DNA of 64,000 bases from Kudoa neothunni (taxonomy: Eukaryota; Animalia; Cnidaria): positions 9,141,245 through 9,205,244 of the forward strand of contig OZ199838.1 of NCBI GenBank assembly GCA_964304625.1, read 5' to 3'. Made by a program: the position numbers and the translations under genes. Below the pieces are notes generated by a model, which was given only the letters and a program-made list of their open reading frames with translations, was not told the DNA's origin and ran no database searches. Positions 63,781-64,000 of this stretch are shown here, piece after piece; the stretch's first letter is position 1, and each line of letters begins with the position of its first letter.

Positions 63781-64000
63781 TATTGATACTTCTTTTAAAA
63801 CTATTATTATCTTCATTTAAAAAAATTTTGTTGATTACCAATTAGATTTGTATTTTGTGTTATTTTTCATAGTTTTTTTGTATTGCACTAATCCTATATT
63901 AATTTGGGATTATGGGGTTTATGTTAAAGTTCAGCCTTAAAAATTAAATATTTACAACAGCATGTTACAAATTAAACCAATTTTACCGTCTGGGGTCCAA

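Noticed and set aside
1-64000. CRISPR array, prokaryotic operon or defence system, rRNA, snRNA
   Set aside because: No regularly spaced direct repeats or recognisable rRNA/snRNA motifs. Genes are spliceosomal, and the IS1595-like ORFs are eukaryotic Merlin elements.

Overview
AT-rich animal nuclear DNA with very short GT-AG introns (mostly about 35-70 nt), strongly diverged proteins and dense DNA-transposon debris. This suggests a compact parasitic cnidarian (myxozoan-like), which is an inference. The ORF track fragments or misses most genes, so exons were joined by hand. Host genes, left to right: an orphan multipass membrane protein, a divergent integrin alpha (12.6-19.8 kb, no GFFKR), DPAGT1, RPA12 and RPA1 (head-to-head, both intronless), a Y-box protein, COX5B, EIPR1/TSSC1, a secreted collagen-repeat plus fibrinogen-related locus, and HADHB. 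Mobile DNA includes piggyBac, hAT, pogo/Tigger, MULE and Merlin elements (many with readable TIRs and TSDs, several nested), a decayed Gypsy, a tRNA-derived SINE and a 129-bp tRNA-containing solo LTR. Best candidates for new biology: (1) a fibrinogen-related domain whose shared first exon can splice to either of two tandem paralogous terminal exons, next to a collagen stalk; (2) the EIPR1-COX5B pair, 71 nt apart with an unpaired splice acceptor (possible operon or trans-splicing); (3) the integrin alpha with a rewired cytoplasmic tail; (4) the tRNA-bearing mini-LTR. No prokaryotic systems, CRISPR arrays, rRNA or intact tRNA genes were seen.
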